Origin: Eledone cirrhosa
Lineage: Eukaryota
Direction of reading: 5' to 3'
Length of the DNA: 64,000 nt
Assembly: GCA_964016885.1 (NCBI GenBank)
Contig: OZ024740.1
Location: 323,330,001-323,394,000 of the forward strand
Shown here in pieces: positions 57,994 to 64,000 of the stretch; position 1 is the stretch's first letter; every line of letters starts with the position of its first letter. The position numbers were made by a program, and so were the translations under genes. A model generated the notes under the pieces. The model worked only from the letters and a program-made list of their open reading frames with translations. It made no database searches and was not told where the DNA came from.

Positions 57994-58024
<31 letters not shown>

Positions 58025-58029
58025 GATAC

Positions 58030-58108
<79 letters not shown>

Positions 58109-58115
58109 TACATAT

Positions 58116-58189
<74 letters not shown>

Positions 58190-58619
58190 ACATATATATA
58201 CACATATATATATACACATATACATATAGTCCTAGTTAGATGTACAGCGGAATAAACAGATACTCTACTATAAACGTCGTGTCATCAAAGTATATATTTC
58301 ATTGTGCCTTTCGTAGAAAGTACGTTGTACTCTAACATATTTGATTTGGTTGTTTTTCCTACTTCTTATCATTTCATGTTCGATTTTAACAACGCCCTCC
58401 ACCACAACACCATCTCCAAATGTCTTTATGTACCATTCTTCCAATTCCTTCTCACTACCCTCCGTTACAACCCAGCCCACTATCCTCCTCCCCACCATAT
58501 CGCACCACGCCACGCCACACCAAATCACTCCGCGACACAACACACCTCAACGCACACTTATATCCGTATGTCTTCATGTACGATTTCTACAATTCCTTTC
58601 CAACATCACCATGTTACAT

Positions 58620-61480
58620 CCCTGCACACTACACCACACTACACCACACCACACCACACCACATCATACCACAACACATACCCATATCCGAATGTCTTAA
58701 TACCTTCCCACCATCACCACGTTACACCTCCAGTATAATACACCACTCCACACCACTCCGCACCACTCCACACCACACTACATCATACCACACCACTCCA
58801 CATCATACCACACCACATCATACCACACCACACTACACCACATCACGCTACACCACACTACACCACACTACACCACACCACTCCACACCATACCACACCA
58901 CACCACACTACACCACACCATACCACACCACATCATACATCACTACACCAACCCCACACCACACCACACCATACCACACAACACTACACCACACTACACT
59001 ACACCACACAACTCCACACCACACCACATCATACCACCCCACACCACACTACACCACACTATACCACACCACTCCACACCACACTACACCATACCATACC
59101 ACACCACCTCATACCACACCACACTGCACCAACCCCACACTACACCATACCATACCACACAACACTACAGCACACCACTCCACACCACACCACATCATAC
59201 CGCCCCACAGCACACCGCACTACACCACACTACACCAAACTACTCCACACCACACCATACCACACCACATCATACCACACCACTCCACATCATACCACAC
59301 CACACCATACCACACAATACCACACCATACCACTCCACACCACACCACATCATACCACACCACATCATACCACACTACACCATACCACACCATACCACTC
59401 CACACCACTCCACACTACATCATACCACACCACACCACATCATACCACACCACACTACACCACACCACACTACTCCACACCACACCACACCACATCATAC
59501 CACACCACACCATACCACACCATACCACTCCATACCACACCACTCCACACCACTCCACACCACACCACATCATACCACACCATACCATACCACACCATAC
59601 CAGACCATACCACTCCACACCACTCCACACCACATCATACCACACCACACCACATCATACCACACCACACTACACCACTCCACACCACACCACACCATAC
59701 CACACCACATCATACCACACCCACTCCACACGACACCACTCCACACTACGCAACACCACACCACATCATACCACACCACACTACACCACACCACACTACA
59801 CCACACCACACCACTCCACACCACACCACATCATACCACACCACACTACACCACACCCTACCACACCACATCATACCACACCACTTCACACCACACCACA
59901 CTACACCACACCACACTACTCCACACCACACCACTCCACACCACACCACATCATACCACACCACACTACACCACTCCACACCACACCACACCCTACCACA
60001 CGACATCATACCACACCACTCCACACCACACCACTCCACACTACGCAACACCACGCCACACCACATCATACCACACCACACAACACTACACCACACTACA
60101 CCACACCACACCACTCCACACCACACCCCACTGCACTACACCTCACTGCACCACACTACACGACACCACACTACACCACACCACACTACACCACACTACA
60201 CCACACCACACCACACTACACCACACCACACCCCACTACACCACTCCACACCACTCCACACCCCACCACACCCCACTACACTACACCAAACCACACTACA
60301 CCACATCATACCACACCACACTACACCACACTACACCACGCCACACCACTCCACACCACACCTCACTACACCACACCACTCCACACCACACCACATCATG
60401 CCACACCACACTACACCACTCCTCACCACACCACACTACACCACTCCACACCACACCACACCCTACCACACCACATCATACCACTTCACACCACACCACA
60501 CCACACTACACCACACCACACTACTCCACACCACACTACTCCACACCACACCACATCATACCACACCAAACTACACCACTCCACCCCACACCACACCCTA
60601 CCACACCACATCATACCACGCCACTCCACACCACACCACTCCACACTACGCAACACCACACCACACCCCACTACACTACACCACAACACACCACACCACA
60701 CCACACTACATCACACCACACTACACCACACTACACCACACCACTCCACACCACACTACACTACACTACACTACACCATACCACACTACACCACATCATA
60801 CCACACCACACTACACCACACTACACCACACCACACCGCTCCACACCACACCACACCACGCCCCACTACACTACACCACACCGCACTACACCCCACCACA
60901 CCACATCATACTACACCACACTACACCACACCACACCACTCTACACCACACCACTCCACACCACACCACACCATACCACACCACTCCACACCACACCACA
61001 CCACTCTACACTACGCAACACCATACCACATCATACCACAGCACACCACACTACACCACACCACATCATACCACACCACACTACACCACACTACACCACA
61101 CTACACCACACCACCCCACACCCCACTACACCACACCACACCACATCATACCACACCACACCATACCACTCCACACCACTCTACACCACATCACAGCACA
61201 GCACAGCACACCACACCACACCATAACACCCCCCATATCCGAATGTCTTCATGTACCATTCCCAGTAATACCCTCTCCCACCACACCACACCACACCACA
61301 CCATAACACACCCCAACACCCCCCCCCATATCCGAATGTCTTCATGTACCATTCCCAGTAATACCCTCTCCCACCACACCAACCTACACCTCACCACACT
61401 ACACCACACCACACCATACTACACCACACCACACCACACTACACCACTCTACATAACACCACACCAACCTACACCTTGAT
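58620..61480. repeat. (CACCA)n-based pentamer satellite
   Basis: cacca/cacta/catca units; catatccgaatgtctt recurs at ~58683, 61234 and 61328. Confidence 0.92.
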
Positions 61481-62347
61481 CACCAAATGTCTTCTCGTCT
61501 TTCATATGTTAATTCATCTGTTGATGTTCTACGTTTTCTTGGGGTTTTTTTTTTCACTAAGAAATATATCGAAATATGAAAGTGTATTTCATATTTGTTG
61601 CTGTTTAATGTTGCCTTCTCCATGTTGTGGCTCTGATTCATAGTTTTTATTATAAATATTCATATTTTAAACATTAAATATACATGAAAAATTAAAGTAC
61701 GTTGTTAGTTGTGTTGATGATGCATCTTCTATTACTGATCAAAGTGTTATAGGTTTGTATACTGTCAGCAATACATCTTTAGGTTCATGACCTCGTCTCT
61801 ATAGCCTGATATAACCATACATGAAAAATTAAAGCATGTTATTGGTAGTGTTGATGTTACATATAATATTTCTAATCAAAGTGTCTTCTGCTGGTGTATC
61901 GTCATCGATACATCCTCGTGTTTATGAACCGAATCAAGCCTCTGTTCATAGCCTGACATAATTATGTGTCCATATTTTATCATTTAATATACATAACTTG
62001 TATCATCAAAGTGTTAAATACTCGTGTAGAGTCATTAATGTAATCCCATACCCATGGAATTGTAACATACTTGTGTATGTAACCTAAAATATCCTTGTGT
62101 TCATTGCTATAATATTTAACACATATCGCAATACTACCAAGGGGTAAATAGGAACCACAAGATGGCAATAAGTAGTGAGTATACTGCACAATTGACAGGT
62201 CTCTCGTTAGGCCTACCGTATATATATTTCGATAAAATAGGCTTAGAGAGAGCGGTGTGTTGAAAAACGTAATAATTGTATGTATATATGTTTGTATGTA
62301 TGTATTATGTATGTATTATATATGTATGTATACACACACTCACACAC

Positions 62348-62416
<69 letters not shown>

Positions 62417-62626
62417 CACATATATATATATGTATGTGTGTATTCATTTTAATGAGCAAGACAAGTAAATTTCGTCCAAGATCTGCGTTTACCACTTAGT
62501 CCATGATTTTACAAAATTCGTATGTGGTAAATAAGAATTTGGTTATCAGACTGGATACATAGTGGAGCACATATATATACATACAATTTATAAACTACAT
62601 ACATGTACATATACATCCATGCATAA

Positions 62627-62915
62627 ATGATGGCGGCAAACTCGTGTTCGAGCATTGCCATCGCCTGACACAATGTTCAAAAATGTGAGGCAGAATGGTG
62701 GCTCTTTAAACCAGCCAAGGACTTGGACCCTCTGGCACATATCTGGCACATGTAGGCTCCTCCGAGACATTCCACTCTTTGGTTCTGACTGTGTGTGCTC
62801 ATGTGTCTTTTAAGACCTCCCATGCTTGCACATTCCTTGCCACATTCCTTGCACCTTTTCAGATCATAATCTACATGAGGTCTACTGATATGAGTTTGTT
62901 CATGTCTAATCAAAC
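62627..62915 (-). mobile_element. RTE-type LINE extreme 3' end with two C2H2-like zinc fingers
   Basis: CKECGKECASMGGLKRHMSTH and CQICARGSKSLAGLKSHH, followed by the tail ctcgaacacgagtttgccgccatcat. Confidence 0.65.
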
Positions 62916-62935
62916 CATACATACATACATACATA

Positions 62936-63499
62936 CATGGTGGCTGCCAACTCGTTTTCGAGTACGGGCACTATTTTATATCCCTGTAGGATAACCCCTA
63001 CCGATGCGCTGAACGAGTGTGACTTTTTAGTCCAGCCAGCGACTTGAAAACTCTGGTACAAACACTACACTTGTGACAATTATTGACACATAGTGCTGGG
63101 CCCATGGTACCATGTGATGAAAAGTGCAGAGAGATCTCCAGATATAAAGCAATGCCTGTGCCGTGAAGCTTTTATAGTAAGCAAAGGCACTGCACAAAGC
63201 CAGTCCCACTCTCTTAACCAAGATGATATTTACCAAAAAGAAGAACAAGTCAACATCATTGGATACCATCAGGGTTGCAGGTGTTATATCAGAGTTTTCC
63301 TTCTCCTAGAATTCTGCCTTGACAAAGGCTAAGGGGTAATCTCTCCCGGTGATTTTGGATGGCCATTGACTCTTAAGAGCTCCTTTGCCCTTTGACAGGT
63401 TTTCTTTTTAGCCCTGCAGGATGTCCAAAGTCACCCTCCTCACCAAGAAACCTTGGTGGGGTTGGCAGTTTAGTCGCCAACGACCCGACCATGAGACAT
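62936..63499 (-). mobile_element. Family A non-autonomous element, copy 3 (5'-truncated)
   Basis: High identity to 6336-6904; flanked by (TACA)n. Confidence 0.75.
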
Positions 63500-63546
63500 A
63501 CATTCATACATTCATACATACATACATACATACATACATACATACA

Positions 63547-63581
<35 letters not shown>

Positions 63582-63659
63582 GATGGCTGCTCCCTCGTTA
63601 TCGAGTATGGCCATTGCACGATTTACCATTATTAATAATTATCAATTAATTCTATCGTG

Positions 63660-63841
63660 GATTGGCAGTATCGGTAGAGGGTCGGACGCCATGCTTTCAC
63701 GCACAGAGTTACGGCCCTTGCCATTCTGAGTTCAAATCCTGCCGAAGTTAACTTTGCCTTTCATCCTTACGGGGTCGATAAAATAAAGTACCAGTAATGC
63801 ACTGAGTAATTGCTGGCCTTGTGCCAAAAGTAGAAACAATT
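63660..63841 (+). mobile_element. SINE copy nested in family B element with 16-bp TSD
   Basis: aattaattctatcgtg at 63644-63659 and 63842-63857; the empty site is visible at ~16466-16481. Confidence 0.85.
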
Positions 63842-64000
63842 AATTAATTCTATCGTGCAATGCCTGTGCATGAAGATATTTTTTTTTAAAGTGAGGAAAG
63901 ACTGTGCATTGAGCCAATCCCACTCTCTGAGCGACAGTAGCTATAAAGAAGAAAAGGTCAACATCATCGGTAACTACTGAGCCGCAGGTTTTATATCGGA

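Noticed and set aside
58420-61479. 1019-aa His/Thr/Pro-rich ORF
   Set aside because: It translates a G-poor (CACCA)n satellite in which stop codons are compositionally rare, and an overlapping frame gives the same kind of peptide.
61680-62020. Degenerate ~135-bp duplication as a coding repeat
   Set aside because: Frames contain stops; treated as an old local duplication. The same applies to 588-860 and 3200-3300/5885-5985.

Overview
AT-rich eukaryotic DNA saturated with microsatellites ((TA)n, (CA)n, (GA)n, (TACA)n, (GTG/GAT)n, (CACCA)n). It looks like an invertebrate, probably cephalopod/octopus-like, genome (inference from repeat style and SINE type). No host protein-coding gene can be supported, and most ORFs in the track are microsatellite artefacts. 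Real coding content is retroelement-derived: a near full-length Tx1/L1-type LINE with an intact ORF2 (18.4-24.1 kb, minus) plus two decayed relatives, a 5'-truncated Penelope-like element (RT + GIY-YIG, 8.8-12.8 kb, minus) and RTE fragments. There are also tRNA-type SINEs, RTE-tailed non-autonomous elements and MITEs. The standout is a 9.1-kb palindrome (46875-55966) of about 14.4 + 15 almost identical 310-bp monomers. Each monomer carries a minimal type I hammerhead ribozyme (29 copies in total), so the array is retrozyme-like or Penelope-pLTR-like. Further hammerheads lie at the Penelope 3' end, in a solo element and in short head-to-head inverted repeats with the same polarity.
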